A stretch of DNA of 64,000 bases from an uncultured Gemmatimonadales bacterium (lineage in GTDB: Bacteria; Gemmatimonadota; Gemmatimonadetes; Gemmatimonadales; GWC2-71-9): positions 864,001-928,000 of the forward strand of contig CAVVKJ010000010.1 of the NCBI GenBank assembly GCA_963748815.1, read 5' to 3'. A program made the position numbers and the translations under genes. A model generated the notes under the pieces. It was not told the origin of the DNA. It did not search any database and worked only from the letters and a program-made list of their open reading frames with translations. Of the stretch, positions 39,121 to 49,400 are shown one piece after another (within the stretch, counting starts at the first letter, position 1; the number at the start of each line of letters is the position of its first letter).

Positions 39121-40191
39121 CTAGCGCGCCTTTTTCCGCCGGTCGCGCCCGGCCGGCTCCGCCTCGCCCCGCGCCGCCGCCTGCGCCGTCTCCTCGGTGA
39201 TGAGCTTCTCCTTGACCAGGTCGGCGAGGTGCTGCTCGAAGGTCTGCATCCCGTGCTGGTCGCGGCCCTCCGCCATCAGCTTGCGGAGGTCGCCCCACTT
39301 CGCCGGGTCCTTGATGCAGGCGCGCACCTGCGGCGTCCCGACCAGGATCTCGATGGCCGCGACCCGCCCCTCGTCGTCGGGCTTCGGGAGGAGCTGCTGC
39401 GAAATGATCCCGCGGAGCGCCTCCGAGAGCCGGACCCGCCCGATGTCGCGCTCATCGGGCTGGAACATCGCCACCATCCGCTCGATCGTGGTCGGCACGT
39501 CGGGGGTCGGCATGGCCGAAATGACGAGGTGCCCCGTCTCGGCGGCCTTCACCGCGATGTCGGCGGTTTCCGGATCGCGCATCTCGCCGATGAGGATCAC
39601 GTCGGGGTCCTGGCGCAGCGCGGCGCGCAGGCCGATGGCCATGCTCGCGGTGTCCACCCCCACCTCGCGCTGCGTCACCGAACAGTTGATGTCCCGGTGC
39701 AGGAACTCGATCGGGTTCTCGATGGTGACCACGTGCTTCTGCCTGGTGCGATTGATGTGCTCGATGATGGCGGCCACCGTGCTCGTCTTGCCGCTCCCGC
39801 TGACGCCGGTCACCAGCACCAGCCCGCGCTCGGCCTCGGCCAGCGTCGACACCACCTCGGGGAGGCCGAGCGAGGCCACCGACGGCACCGCGAAGGGAAT
39901 GACCCGCATCACGATCATGAAGGACGAGCGCTGCCGCAGGACGTTGACGCGGAAGCGACCCACCCCCGGCATGCCCCACGAGCAGTCGAAGTCCCGGAGC
40001 CGGTCGAGATGCGCCCGGTCCTCCTCGCTGGCGATCAGCTTGTGCGCGATGGCGCGCGTCTGGTCGGGGGTGAGGCGCTGCTTGGTCAGGGGGACGAGCC
40101 GCCCGTTGATGCGGGCGCGAAAGACGTCGCCCGCCTTGATGTGCAGGTCGGACGCCCCACGTTCGACGGCAGCCTTGATGATTTTTTCCAT
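39121..40191 (-). CDS. PilT/PilU-family type IV pilus ATPase
   Basis: ASDLHI, GVSGSGKTST, ALRQDPDVILIGEMRD, ETGHLV, GMQTFEQ. Confidence 0.9.
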   Translation of the reverse strand: MEKIIKAAVERGASDLHIKAGDVFRARINGRLVPLTKQRLTPDQTRAIAHKLIASEEDRAHLDRLRDFDCSWGMPGVGRFRVNVLRQRSSFMIVMRVIPFAVPSVASLGLPEVVSTLAEAERGLVLVTGVSGSGKTSTVAAIIEHINRTRQKHVVTIENPIEFLHRDINCSVTQREVGVDTASMAIGLRAALRQDPDVILIGEMRDPETADIAVKAAETGHLVISAMPTPDVPTTIERMVAMFQPDERDIGRVRLSEALRGIISQQLLPKPDDEGRVAAIEILVGTPQVRACIKDPAKWGDLRKLMAEGRDQHGMQTFEQHLADLVKEKLITEETAQAAARGEAEPAGRDRRKKAR

Positions 40192-40197
40192 GGAACC

Positions 40198-41199
40198 TCA
40201 GCCCCTCGGGTTGGTGGGCGGCAGGAATCCCATTCGCGACTTCACCTCGTCCAGCGTGGTCCGGGCCACCGCGCGCGCGCGCGCCGCGCCGTCGGCCAGC
40301 AGCGCCCGCACCGCGCCCTCGTCGGCCCGCAGCGCCACCGCCCGCTCCCGGATCGGGGCCAGCGCGGCCGACATGTGGTCCGCCAGCACCCGCTTGCAAT
40401 CGAGGCATCCCCACCCGGCGCCCCGACACTTTCGCGCCACCTCGGCCACGGTGGCCGGCGGGGAGAAATGCTTGTGCAGCGAGTAGATGTTGCAGATGTC
40501 GGGATTCCCGGGGTCCTTCTTGGTCACCCGCGCCGGATCGGTCATGGCCGGTCGCAGCTTCTGCCAGATCTCCTCGGGACTGTCGAGCAAGCCGATGGTG
40601 TTGCCGAGGCTCTTCGACATCTTGGCCTGCCCGTCGAGCCCCAGGATGCGCCGCGCCGGCGTCAGCAGCGACTGCGGCTCCAGCAGGTAGTCGGTGCCAC
40701 CGCCGTAGGTCGCGTTCCACCGCCGCGCGATGACCCGCGCCAGCTCGAGGTGCTGCAGCTGATCGTCGCCCACCGGCACCTGGTCGGCCCGGTACAGGAG
40801 AATGTCGGCCGCCATGAGAATGGGATAGTTGAACAGTCCCGCCGGAATGCTCTCCATCCGCTGCGACTTGTCCTTGAACTGCGTCATCCGCTCCAGTTCG
40901 CCGAGGGGGGTGACGGCGTTGAGCAGCCACATCAGCTCGGCGTGCTCCGGCACCTGCGACTGGACGAACAGCGTCGAGCGCGCCGGGTCGATGCCCGCCG
41001 CCAGGAGCCCCACCGCCATGTCGAGGGTGCGCTGCGCGAGGGTGGCGGCGTCGTGCTGCGCGGTGATGGCGTGAAGGTCGACGATGGCGAAGAAGCACTC
41101 GTGCCGGTCCTGGAGCGCAACCCAGTTCTGGACGGCGCCGAGCCAGTTCCCGATGTGCAGGTCACCGGAGGGTTGAATTCCGGAAAATATGCGGGGCAT
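40198..41199 (-). CDS. trpS: Tryptophan--tRNA ligase
   Basis: SGIQPSGDLHIGN, YPILMAADIL, VPVGDDQ, KMSKS. Confidence 0.98.
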   Translation of the reverse strand: MPRIFSGIQPSGDLHIGNWLGAVQNWVALQDRHECFFAIVDLHAITAQHDAATLAQRTLDMAVGLLAAGIDPARSTLFVQSQVPEHAELMWLLNAVTPLGELERMTQFKDKSQRMESIPAGLFNYPILMAADILLYRADQVPVGDDQLQHLELARVIARRWNATYGGGTDYLLEPQSLLTPARRILGLDGQAKMSKSLGNTIGLLDSPEEIWQKLRPAMTDPARVTKKDPGNPDICNIYSLHKHFSPPATVAEVARKCRGAGWGCLDCKRVLADHMSAALAPIRERAVALRADEGAVRALLADGAARARAVARTTLDEVKSRMGFLPPTNPRG

Positions 41200-41204
41200 T
41201 CGGT

Positions 41205-41233
41205 AAGCTACCAACTCGCGGCTGAGGCCGCAA
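41205..41233 (-). promoter_or_regulatory. Sigma70-like promoter of trpS, possibly leaderless
   Basis: TTGCGG-17 bp-TAGCTT, 5 nt before the ATG; no SD. Confidence 0.55.
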
Positions 41234-41257
41234 GTGAATATCGGGGAATGACTTAGT

Positions 41258-41336
41258 GGACTGAGGACTGAGGACTGAGGACTGAGGACTGGGGACTGGG
41301 GACTGAGGACTGGAGGACTGAGGACTGAGGACTGAG
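41258..41336. repeat. 7-bp tandem repeat (GGACTGA/GGACTGG), about 11 units
   Basis: Read directly. Confidence 0.95.
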
Positions 41337-41347
41337 CGGCAGGGTAG

Positions 41348-42136
41348 TTACTTCCCCGCTTCCCCGCTTCCCCGCGTCCCCGCCTCTGTCGTGGTCAGGA
41401 TCCTCGGCCCCGCCGCCGTCACCGCCACCGTGTGCTCAAAATGCGCGGAAAGGCTGCCGTCGGCGCTCACGACCGTCCACTTGTCCGACAGCGTCTTGGT
41501 GACCGGCGACCCGATGGTGATCATCGGCTCGATGGCGATGGTCATCCCCTCGAGGAGCCGGGGCCCGCGCTTCGGGCTCCCGTAGTTCGGCACCTGCGGC
41601 TCTTCGTGGAACCGGGCGCCGATGCCGTGCCCCACCAGTTCCCGCACCACGCCGAACCCGGCCCCTTCCGCCACCGTCTGCACCGCGTGCCCGATGTCAC
41701 CGATGTGATTGCCGATCCGCGCCGCCGCGATCCCGGCCACCAGGCTCTCCTGCGTCACCGCCAGCAGCCGTTCGGTCTCCGGGGAGACCTCGCCCACCGC
41801 GATGGTGGTGGCGGAGTCGGCGTGCAGGCCGTCGAAGTGCACGCCGACGTCGACGCTCACGATGTTCCCCTCGCGAAGCACCCGCTTCTTCGAGGGAATG
41901 CCATGCACGATTTCCTGGTTGATCGAGGTGCAGAGGGTCTTGGGAAAGCCGTAGAGTCCCTTGAACGATGGGGTGGCCCCCTCGTGGCTCCGGATGAACG
42001 CCTCCGCCATGCGGTCGAGGTCCTCGGTGGACATCCCGGCCCGCGTCTCGCGCTGCAGGAGGGCCAGCACGCCGTGCACGATCGCGCCGGCGTGCGCCAT
42101 CGTCTCGATTTCGCGGGGAGACTTGAGGGTGATCAC
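41348..42136 (-). CDS. map: Methionine aminopeptidase type I
   Basis: ITLKSPREI, VHGIP, DVGV, DSATT, GHGIG..FHEEP, IEPM, SAHFEHT. Confidence 0.96.
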   Translation of the reverse strand: MITLKSPREIETMAHAGAIVHGVLALLQRETRAGMSTEDLDRMAEAFIRSHEGATPSFKGLYGFPKTLCTSINQEIVHGIPSKKRVLREGNIVSVDVGVHFDGLHADSATTIAVGEVSPETERLLAVTQESLVAGIAAARIGNHIGDIGHAVQTVAEGAGFGVVRELVGHGIGARFHEEPQVPNYGSPKRGPRLLEGMTIAIEPMITIGSPVTKTLSDKWTVVSADGSLSAHFEHTVAVTAAGPRILTTTEAGTRGSGEAGK

Positions 42137-42705
42137 GAACCCTGCAGCGCCAGCGCCCGGCGCACCCGGGTCGCGATGTCGTCCACCGGCCCCACTGCGG
42201 GAATCCGGACCAGGCTCCCGCGCTGCTCGTACCAGGCCAGCACCGGTGCCGTCTGGTCCCGGTAGCTCTGGAGCCGCGTGGTGACCGCCGTCGGGTCGTC
42301 GTCGGCGCGTCCCTCGATGCCGCGGCGCCGCTCGATCCGTCCGAGAATTTCCGCGTCCGGGACGTCGAAGAAGAGGACCGCGGCCAGCGATCGCCTCCGC
42401 TCGGCCAGCAACCGTTCCATCCCTTCGGCCTGCGGGATCGTCCGGACCACGCCGTCGAAGATGACGCCGCCGGCCGCTGCGGGCCGGTCGAGTTCCTCCT
42501 CGATGACGCCGAGGATGATGTCGTCGCTGACCAGCTGGCCCGCCTCCATGACCGCCTTCGCCTTGAGCCCCAGCGGGGTGCCCCGGCTCACGGCCTCCCG
42601 CAGGAGGTTGCCGGTCGCGAAGGTGGGCAATCCCAGCGCTTCGCCCAGCAGCGCGCCCTGGGTGCCTTTCCCGGCCCCGGGGGGGCCCATCAACAAGATG
42701 TCCAT
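42133..42705 (-). CDS. adk: Adenylate kinase (short LID)
   Basis: GPPGAGKGTQ, GQLVSD, FDGVVRTIPQA, GRADD. Confidence 0.95.
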   Translation of the reverse strand: MDILLMGPPGAGKGTQGALLGEALGLPTFATGNLLREAVSRGTPLGLKAKAVMEAGQLVSDDIILGVIEEELDRPAAAGGVIFDGVVRTIPQAEGMERLLAERRRSLAAVLFFDVPDAEILGRIERRRGIEGRADDDPTAVTTRLQSYRDQTAPVLAWYEQRGSLVRIPAVGPVDDIATRVRRALALQGS

Positions 42706-42728
42706 AAGCCTGTGCATCTCCCCAAAAT

Positions 42729-42807
42729 GGACTGAGGACTGAGGACTGGGACACGGACTCGAATGACGTTTCCGCCCTCAGTCCTCAGTCCCCAGTCCTC
42801 AGTCCTC
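42729..42807. repeat. Inverted heptamer repeats between secY and adk
   Basis: GGACTGA x3 ... CAGTCCT/CAGTCCC x4. Confidence 0.85.
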
Positions 42808-42825
42808 GTCTCCGGCCGTCAACGC

Positions 42826-44139
42826 CTAAATGAAGCGCTGTTGCCGCCCCCGAAACTTGACCCGGCCCGACTTCATGAAGCCGTCGTACTTCCGGAGCTG
42901 GCGGTGCTGTTCGATCTGGGACAGGGTGTCGAGGAGCACGCCGACCACGATAAGCACCGAGGTGCCGCCGAACTGCTGCTGGACGCCGATCTTGGCGCTG
43001 AGGAAGATCGGGATGAGCGCCACCGCGGCCAGGAAGATCGCGCCCGGCAGGGTGATGCGGACCAGCACGTCGTCGATGTAGTCGGCGGTGCTCGCGCCCG
43101 GCTTCACGCCGGGGATGAACCCGCCCTGCTTCTTCAGGTTTTCCGCCACGTCCACCGAGTTGAAGATGATGGAGGTGTAGAAGTAGCTGAACAGCAGGGT
43201 CATCAACGCGAAGACGATGGCGTACGGGAGGCTGCCGGGATTGAAGAAGCCGGCCACCTCGCGGAGCGTCGCGTTCTTGGTGAAGCTCGCCAGGGTGCCC
43301 GGGACGATGATGATCGTCTGGGCGAAGATGATGGGCATCACGCTCGCCGTGAGGAGGCGGATCGGGATGAACGTCTTCTGGCCCTCGCGAATCCGCCCCC
43401 GGCCCATGACCTTGCGGGGAATCTGGATCGGGATCCGGCGCGCCGCGATCGTCATGGCCGCCGTGGCCGCCACGATGGCGACGAGCGCGGCCAGGTAGAA
43501 GAGGGCGCCGATCGGCGAGACCACGCTGCCCTTGATGAGCGAGACCAGCTGGAGCATCCCGGGCCAGAGCCGCTCGAGGATCGAGAAGGTGATGAGCAGG
43601 CTCATCCCGTTGCCGATGCCGCGCTCGGTGATCTGCTCGCCGAGCCACATCACGAAGATGGCGCCGACCGTCAGCGTCACCACCATCACCAGCCGGGAGA
43701 CGAAGTTCGGGTTGGCGACCGCGCCCGGAATCGACTCGGTGAAGAGCGTGAAGGTGTAGGCCTGGGCGAACGAGATGAACACCGTGGCGTACCGGGTCCA
43801 CTGCGTGATCGTCTTCCGGCCTTCCTCCTCCTTCTGCATCTTCGCGATGCTCGGCACGACCCCGCCGACCAGCTGGAAGATGATCGAGGCGGAGATGTAC
43901 GGCATGATGCCGAGGGCGAAGACCGTCGCGCGCGACAGTCCGCCGCCGAGCATGTCGTACAAACCGAAGAACCCGGCGGCGGCCGAGTTCCGGATGAAGT
44001 CCGAGAGCGCCTGGACGTTGACGCCCGGCGCCGCGATGTGCGCGCCGATGCGGTAAATGACCAGGGCCAGCAGCGTGAACAGGAGCTTCCGCTTCAGCTC
44101 CGGGTCGAACGAGAACGACGGGGTGTTGGGAGCAGTCAC
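42826..44139 (-). CDS. secY: Preprotein translocase SecY
   Basis: ALGIMPYISASII, WLGEQITERGIGNG, NLKKQGGFIPG, FGGTSVLIVV. Confidence 0.98.
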   Translation of the reverse strand: MTAPNTPSFSFDPELKRKLLFTLLALVIYRIGAHIAAPGVNVQALSDFIRNSAAAGFFGLYDMLGGGLSRATVFALGIMPYISASIIFQLVGGVVPSIAKMQKEEEGRKTITQWTRYATVFISFAQAYTFTLFTESIPGAVANPNFVSRLVMVVTLTVGAIFVMWLGEQITERGIGNGMSLLITFSILERLWPGMLQLVSLIKGSVVSPIGALFYLAALVAIVAATAAMTIAARRIPIQIPRKVMGRGRIREGQKTFIPIRLLTASVMPIIFAQTIIIVPGTLASFTKNATLREVAGFFNPGSLPYAIVFALMTLLFSYFYTSIIFNSVDVAENLKKQGGFIPGVKPGASTADYIDDVLVRITLPGAIFLAAVALIPIFLSAKIGVQQQFGGTSVLIVVGVLLDTLSQIEQHRQLRKYDGFMKSGRVKFRGRQQRFI

Positions 44140-44610
44140 TTACGCCTCAACGCTGCCGCCGGCCGCCTCGATCTTGGCGCGGGCCGCGGCAGACACCGGA
44201 ATGCCACGGACGGCGTAGGCCCGAGCGGCCTCGCCGGTGCCGAGGATCTTGACCACCTGCTCCGCGTTCTTGATCAGCCCGGCTTCCGTCAGCGTCTCCG
44301 GGGTCACGTCCCCGCCCGCGACCGCCGCGAGGCGGGCCAGGTTGATCGGGATGGACGTCACCTTGAACGGGTTCGTGAAGCCCCGCTTCGGCAGGCGCCG
44401 GTACATCGGCATCTGCCCGCCCTCGAAGCCCGGGTTGGTCGAGCCGCCCGTGCGGGCCTTGTGGCCCTTGTGGCCCTTGCCCGAGGTCTTGCCGATGCCG
44501 GAGCCGGGGCCGCGCCCAATGCGCTTGCGCGACTGGGTCGAGCCGGCCGCCGGCTTCAGGGTCGACAGGGTGACCGACGGGGTCGCCACTTCCTTCGCCT
44601 TCGCCATCAC
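44140..44610 (-). CDS. rplO: 50S ribosomal protein L15
   Basis: RIGRGPGSG..KTSGKGHKG, FEGGQMP. Confidence 0.97.
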   Translation of the reverse strand: MMAKAKEVATPSVTLSTLKPAAGSTQSRKRIGRGPGSGIGKTSGKGHKGHKARTGGSTNPGFEGGQMPMYRRLPKRGFTNPFKVTSIPINLARLAAVAGGDVTPETLTEAGLIKNAEQVVKILGTGEAARAYAVRGIPVSAAARAKIEAAGGSVEA

Positions 44611-44867
44611 GCCTCCTGCGCCGGCGTCACCTCAACGAGGTGACGCACCTTGAAGAGCATCCCGCGGACCGAGGCCGAGTTGTCGAGCTCGACCGTCTGC
44701 TGGTGATGCCGAAGCCCGAGCGAGGCCAGCGTCCGCCGCATGGTGTCGGCGTGGCCGATCCCGGAGCGGATTTGCTTGACCGCGATGCGCTTCGCCGTCT
44801 TTTCGTCTGGAATCGTCGCGGCGTGGTGCTTGGGTCCCTGCCGGCCGACGACGGGATTGCGTCCCAT
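44607..44867 (-). CDS. rpmD: 50S ribosomal protein L30 (N-terminal extension)
   Basis: VKQIRSGIG...TLASLGL...[12 protein letters not shown]; operon position. Confidence 0.92.
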   Translation of the reverse strand: MGRNPVVGRQGPKHHAATIPDEKTAKRIAVKQIRSGIGHADTMRRTLASLGLRHHQQTVELDNSASVRGMLFKVRHLVEVTPAQEA

Positions 44868-44870
44868 GGC

Positions 44871-45504
44871 TCAGCCCTCCTGGCGCGGCTTGTAGCCGAG
44901 ATCGCTGACGTCGATGCCCCGCTCGCGCGCCACCTGGCGCACCGATACCAGCCGGGACAGCGCGTCCATGGTCGCGCCGACCATGTTGTGCGGGTTCGGG
45001 GAGCCGAGGCTCTTGGTGAGGATGTCGGTGATGCCGGCGCAGGCCAGCACCATCCGGATCGGGCCGCCCGCGATGACGCCGGTACCGGCGGAGGCGGGCT
45101 TCAGCAGCACCCGTCCGGCGCCGTGCTCGCCGACGATCTCGTGGGGGATCGTGGCGCCCGTGCGGGGCACGTCGATCATGTTGCGCTTGGCGGCGTCGAC
45201 GGCCTTGCGGACCGCCTCCGACACCTCGTTGGCCTTGCCGGTCGACGACGCCCACCTTGCCCTTGCCGTCGCCGACGGCCACGAGCGCGTTGAACGAGAA
45301 CCGCCGGCCGCCCTTGACCACCTTGGCCACGCGGTTGATGGCAATCACGTTCTCGACGTGGTCGCTGCTCCGGTCCCGGTCGCGGTCGCGGCGGGGACCC
45401 CGGTCGCGGTCGTTGCGGCCGCCGCGGCCCCGCCGCTGCTGCTGCCCGCCCTCGGACGGCGCCTCGGTGGTGCTGCCGGGGACTGCTGCCTGTTCGTCAG
45501 CCAT
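44871..45504 (-). CDS. rpsE: 30S ribosomal protein S5 (frameshift near 45245)
   Basis: [34 protein letters not shown]. Confidence 0.95.
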
Positions 45505-45505
45505 G

Positions 45506-45877
45506 CTAGAACTCCAGTCCGCCGGCGCGCGCGCCGTCGGCGACCGCCTGCACGCGGCCATGGTATCGGTAACCTGCCCGGTCGAACACCACCGTGGTGA
45601 TGCCCGCGGCCTTCGCCTTCGCCGCGAGGAGCGTCCCGACCGCCTTGGCGCGGGCCACCTTGCCCGTGCCCTCGATCGCGATGCCCTCGCTCGTGTCGGT
45701 CACGCCGAGGATCGTCACGCCCAGGTCGTCGTTGACCAGCTGGGCGGAGATGTGCTTGAGCGACCGGAAGACCACGAGCCGCGGGCGCTCCAGCGTGCCG
45801 GCGACCTTCTGCCGGACGCGGAGGTGGCGGCGGTAGCGCTGTTCCCGGCGCGTCTTGGGTGCGTGAATCGCGCGCAT
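45506..45877 (-). CDS. rplR: 50S ribosomal protein L18
   Basis: [23 protein letters not shown]. Confidence 0.97.
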   Translation of the reverse strand: MRAIHAPKTRREQRYRRHLRVRQKVAGTLERPRLVVFRSLKHISAQLVNDDLGVTILGVTDTSEGIAIEGTGKVARAKAVGTLLAAKAKAAGITTVVFDRAGYRYHGRVQAVADGARAGGLEF

Positions 45878-45879
45878 GC

Positions 45880-46419
45880 CTACTTCGCTCCTGTCTTGCC
45901 GGCCTTGCGCCGGACCTGCTCGCCCTGGTACCGGATGCCCTTGCCCTTGTAGGGCTCGGGGGGACGGACCGACCGGATCTCGGCGGCGACCTGCCCGACG
46001 AGTTCCTTGCTCGCGCCCTGGATCCGGACCACCGTGTTGTTCTCGACCGTGATCTTGATCCCCTCGGGCGCCTTGAAGGGCACCTGGTGGGAGAGACCGA
46101 CGATCAGGTTGATGCCGTAGGGCTTCATTTCCGCCTTGTACCCGACGCCCTGGAGCTCCAGGACCTTCTGGTAGCCGGCGGTGACCCCCTCGACCATGTT
46201 GGCCACGAGCGTGCGGGTCAGGCCGTGGAGCGCCTTGTGCCGCTTCTCGTCGCTCGGGCGCTCGACGGTGACCTGCCCGTCCGCCAGCGCCACGACCATG
46301 TCGCGGGGGAGGTCCCGGGCCAGCTCGCCCTTGGGTCCCTTGACCGCGATGTGGTTGCCCTTGAGGGCCACCGTGACGCCGGACGGCACCGCCACCGGAC
46401 GCTTGCCGATACGCGACAT
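45880..46419 (-). CDS. rplF: 50S ribosomal protein L6
   Basis: MSRIGKRP, PPEPYKGKGIRY. Confidence 0.98.
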   Translation of the reverse strand: MSRIGKRPVAVPSGVTVALKGNHIAVKGPKGELARDLPRDMVVALADGQVTVERPSDEKRHKALHGLTRTLVANMVEGVTAGYQKVLELQGVGYKAEMKPYGINLIVGLSHQVPFKAPEGIKITVENNTVVRIQGASKELVGQVAAEIRSVRPPEPYKGKGIRYQGEQVRRKAGKTGAK

Positions 46420-46427
46420 GTCGCCTC

Positions 46428-46823
46428 CTACCAGACGACGGCGAGGAGCTCGCCGCCGAGGTTGGCGGTGCGCGCCTGCCGATCGGTCATGAGGCCCTTG
46501 GGCGTCGAGACGATCGCCATGCCGAGGCCGTTCTTGACCCGGGGCAAGTCGCGGCACTTGACGTACTGCCGCAGGCCCGGCGTCGAGACGCGCCGCAGCT
46601 CCCGGATGACCGGCAGCTCGTTGTGGTACTTGAGGTACAGCCGCAGCACGCCGCGACCGCCATCATCGAGCACCTTGCACTCGGCGATGTAGTGATTTTC
46701 GAGTAGCAGACGCGCCAGCTCGACCTTGAGCTTGGACGTCGGCACGTCGACTCGCCGGTGGCCCGCGGAGCAGGCGTTCCGGATGCGAGTCAGCATATCC
46801 GCGACGGGATCTGTCATGCTCAT
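46428..46823 (-). CDS. rpsH: 30S ribosomal protein S8
   Basis: TDPVADMLTRIRNA, VSTPGLRQY. Confidence 0.98.
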   Translation of the reverse strand: MSMTDPVADMLTRIRNACSAGHRRVDVPTSKLKVELARLLLENHYIAECKVLDDGGRGVLRLYLKYHNELPVIRELRRVSTPGLRQYVKCRDLPRVKNGLGMAIVSTPKGLMTDRQARTANLGGELLAVVW

Positions 46824-46838
46824 GTTACTTGCGTCCCC

Positions 46839-47024
46839 TTACCAACTGGCCTTGCGCACGCCCGGGATTTCCCCCTTCAGCGCGAGCTCTCGGAAGCAGA
46901 TTCGGCAGAGGCCGAACTTGCGCAGGACTGCCCGTGACCGCCCACACCGCGCACAGCGGCGGACGGCGCGCACCTTGAACTTGGGCGTGCGCTTGGCTCG
47001 TTCAATCCAACTGGTCTTTGCCAT
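46839..47024 (-). CDS. rpsN: 30S ribosomal protein S14 (zinc-binding type)
   Basis: RCARCGR...GLCRICFRE...GVRKASW. Confidence 0.97.
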   Translation of the reverse strand: MAKTSWIERAKRTPKFKVRAVRRCARCGRSRAVLRKFGLCRICFRELALKGEIPGVRKASW

Positions 47025-47061
47025 CGTCTCTCCTGGTGGCGCCCCACGGGGCGCCGGGTAA

Positions 47062-47730
47062 TCACGCCATCGGGACCGGCGTCTCGCCGCGGAACGGCCA
47101 GCCGAGCTCGCGGAGAAGCGCCATCGCCAGGTCATCCCGCCCGGCGTTCGTCACCACCGTAATGTCCATCCCGTGGATCTTCTCGACCTTGTCGTAGTCG
47201 ATCTCGGGGAAAATCAACTGCTCCTTGATGCCGGTCGTGTAGTTGCCGCGACCGTCGAAGCTCTTGTTGGCCAGCCCGCGGAAGTCGCGGACCCGCGGCA
47301 CCGCGATGCTGATGAAGCGGTCGAGGAACTCGTACATCCGCGCGCCGCGCAGGGTCACCGCCGCGCCGACCGGCACGCCCTCGCGCAGCCCGAAGTTCGC
47401 GATCGACTTCTTGGCGCGGGTGATGACCGGCTTCTGGCCGGTGATCTGCGCCAGCTCCGCCACCACCGCGTCGAGCAGCTTCGGCGTCTTGCTGGCCTCG
47501 CCCATGCCGACGTTCAGGACCACCTTGGTGATCCGGGGCAGCTGCATCGGGTTGGTGATCCCGAACTGCTGCGCCAGGCGCGGCCGCACCACGGTCTCGT
47601 AGTACGTCTGCAGCCGGGGCGTGCCCTCGGCGGCCTTCGGGGCGGCGTCGGTGGCGCCCGCCGTCGGCTTGTCCTTGCCCGCCTTGGCCCCGCCGCCCGC
47701 CTTGGGGGCCTTCTCCTTCGTGGTCGCCAT
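47062..47730 (-). CDS. rplE: 50S ribosomal protein L5 (N-terminal extension)
   Basis: [22 protein letters not shown]. Confidence 0.98.
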   Translation of the reverse strand: MATTKEKAPKAGGGAKAGKDKPTAGATDAAPKAAEGTPRLQTYYETVVRPRLAQQFGITNPMQLPRITKVVLNVGMGEASKTPKLLDAVVAELAQITGQKPVITRAKKSIANFGLREGVPVGAAVTLRGARMYEFLDRFISIAVPRVRDFRGLANKSFDGRGNYTTGIKEQLIFPEIDYDKVEKIHGMDITVVTNAGRDDLAMALLRELGWPFRGETPVPMA

Positions 47731-47731
47731 C

Positions 47732-48112
47732 TTACCTGCTCCTCGGAATCGGCTGCCCGGACTTCACGGCGATGCGCTCGACCGTCCCGTCGGTGTCCCG
47801 CCGCCGGCGCACGCGCGTCGGCTCACCGCTCTTCGGGTCGATCAGCATGGTCTTCGAGTGATGGATCGGCGCCGGGAACTCGATGATCCCGCCCTCGGTG
47901 GTCTGCGTCGCGCGGCGGTGCCGCTTCACGACGTTCACGCCGTCGACCGTCACGCGGCCCGTCTTCGGGTAGACGCGGAGCACCTTCCCCTGCTTGCCCT
48001 TGTCGTCGCCCGAGATGACCTGGACGGTGTCGCCCTTGGTGATCGGGAGGCTGAGGCGGACCACCGGCTTCTGGCGGACGCGCTTGGCCTTCTTGTACAC
48101 GAGTGGCTTCAT
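47732..48112 (-). CDS. rplX: 50S ribosomal protein L24
   Basis: [17 protein letters not shown]. Confidence 0.97.
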   Translation of the reverse strand: MKPLVYKKAKRVRQKPVVRLSLPITKGDTVQVISGDDKGKQGKVLRVYPKTGRVTVDGVNVVKRHRRATQTTEGGIIEFPAPIHHSKTMLIDPKSGEPTRVRRRRDTDGTVERIAVKSGQPIPRSR

Positions 48113-48113
48113 G

Positions 48114-48482
48114 TTACAGGACCTCCGGCGCCAGCGAGACGATCTTCATGTAGCGCTTCTCGCGGAGCTCCCGCGCCACGGGGCCGAAGATGCGGGTCGC
48201 GCGGGGCTCGCCCTTGTCGTCGATGAGGACCGCGGCGTTCTCGTCGAACCGGATGTAGGAACCGTCCTTGCGGCGGGTCTCCTTCACGGTGCGCACGATG
48301 ACCGCCTTGGCCACGTCGCCCTTCTTGACCTGGCCGGTCGGGATGGCGTCCTTGATGGCCACCACCACGGTGTCGCCGAGGCCCGCGTAGCGGCGCCGGC
48401 TCCCGCCGAGGACACGGATCACCAGCGCCTTGCGGGCGCCGGAATTGTCCGCGATTCTGAGAATGCTCTCTTGCTGAACCAT
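48114..48482 (-). CDS. rplN: 50S ribosomal protein L14
   Basis: [24 protein letters not shown]. Confidence 0.99.
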   Translation of the reverse strand: MVQQESILRIADNSGARKALVIRVLGGSRRRYAGLGDTVVVAIKDAIPTGQVKKGDVAKAVIVRTVKETRRKDGSYIRFDENAAVLIDDKGEPRATRIFGPVARELREKRYMKIVSLAPEVL

Positions 48483-48501
48483 GTCTTCCTCGTTCCGTGG
48501 G

Positions 48502-48774
48502 CTACTTGGCCCGCTTGACGATCTCGGTCACGCGCCAGTTCACGGTCTTGGCGAGCGGCCGGGTTTCCATCAGGCGGACGGTGTCCCCCACCTTCGCGCC
48601 GTGCTCGTCCCGCGCCTTCACCGTGATGGTCCGGGTCATCATCTTGCCGTAGACCGCGTGCGCGAAGCGCCGGGTCAGCGTGACCGTGACCGTCTTCTGC
48701 ATCTTGTCGCTCTTGACGACGCCGGTGCGGGTCTTCCGCTGCAGGCGGGTCGTTGCGGTTGTCTCGTCAGCCAT
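48502..48774 (-). CDS. rpsQ: 30S ribosomal protein S17
   Basis: [24 protein letters not shown]. Confidence 0.97.
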   Translation of the reverse strand: MADETTATTRLQRKTRTGVVKSDKMQKTVTVTLTRRFAHAVYGKMMTRTITVKARDEHGAKVGDTVRLMETRPLAKTVNWRVTEIVKRAK

Positions 48775-48783
48775 GATGTGCCC

Positions 48784-48978
48784 TTACGCTTTGGTCGCGC
48801 GCGAACGCAGGACCGTCAGGATCCGCGCGGTGTCCCGGCGCAACGTCCGGAACCGCATCGGGTTGTCAATCGACTCGCTCGCCGACCGGAAGCGCAGCCG
48901 GAAGCGCTCTTCCTTCAGCTCCGCGAGCTTCGCCTTCAGCTCGTCGTCGGACAGGTCCCGCAGTTCAGTCGCGTTCAT
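48784..48978 (-). CDS. rpmC: 50S ribosomal protein L29
   Basis: ELRDLSDDEL...ERFRLRF...ARILTV. Confidence 0.95.
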   Translation of the reverse strand: MNATELRDLSDDELKAKLAELKEERFRLRFRSASESIDNPMRFRTLRRDTARILTVLRSRATKA

Positions 48979-48981
48979 TGC

Positions 48982-49395
48982 TCAGATCTCCTCGCGCTTG
49001 ACGAAGCGCGTCCGCACCGGAAGCTTGGCCTGCGCCAGCGCCAGGGCCTTCCGCGCCAGGTCCTCGGTCACGCCCTCGACCTCGAACAGCACGCGCCCCG
49101 GCCGCACCACGGCCACCCAGCCCTCGGGATTGCCCTTGCCCTTGCCCATGCGGGTCTCGGCGGGCTTCTTCGTGATCGGCTTGTCCGGGAAGATCCGGAT
49201 CCAGACCTTGCCGCCGCGCTTCATTTCGCGGGTCATCGCGACACGCGCCGCCTCGATCTGCCGGTTCGTGATCCAGCCCGGATCGAGCGTCTTGATGGCG
49301 AACTCGCCGAACGACACCGCGATGCCCCGCGAGGCGATGCCCTTGGTCCGGCCCTTGAACGTCTTGCGAAACTTCACCCGCTTCGGTGCCAGCAT
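48982..49395 (-). CDS. rplP: 50S ribosomal protein L16
   Basis: [20 protein letters not shown]. Confidence 0.99.
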   Translation of the reverse strand: MLAPKRVKFRKTFKGRTKGIASRGIAVSFGEFAIKTLDPGWITNRQIEAARVAMTREMKRGGKVWIRIFPDKPITKKPAETRMGKGKGNPEGWVAVVRPGRVLFEVEGVTEDLARKALALAQAKLPVRTRFVKREEI

Positions 49396-49400
49396 GGTCC

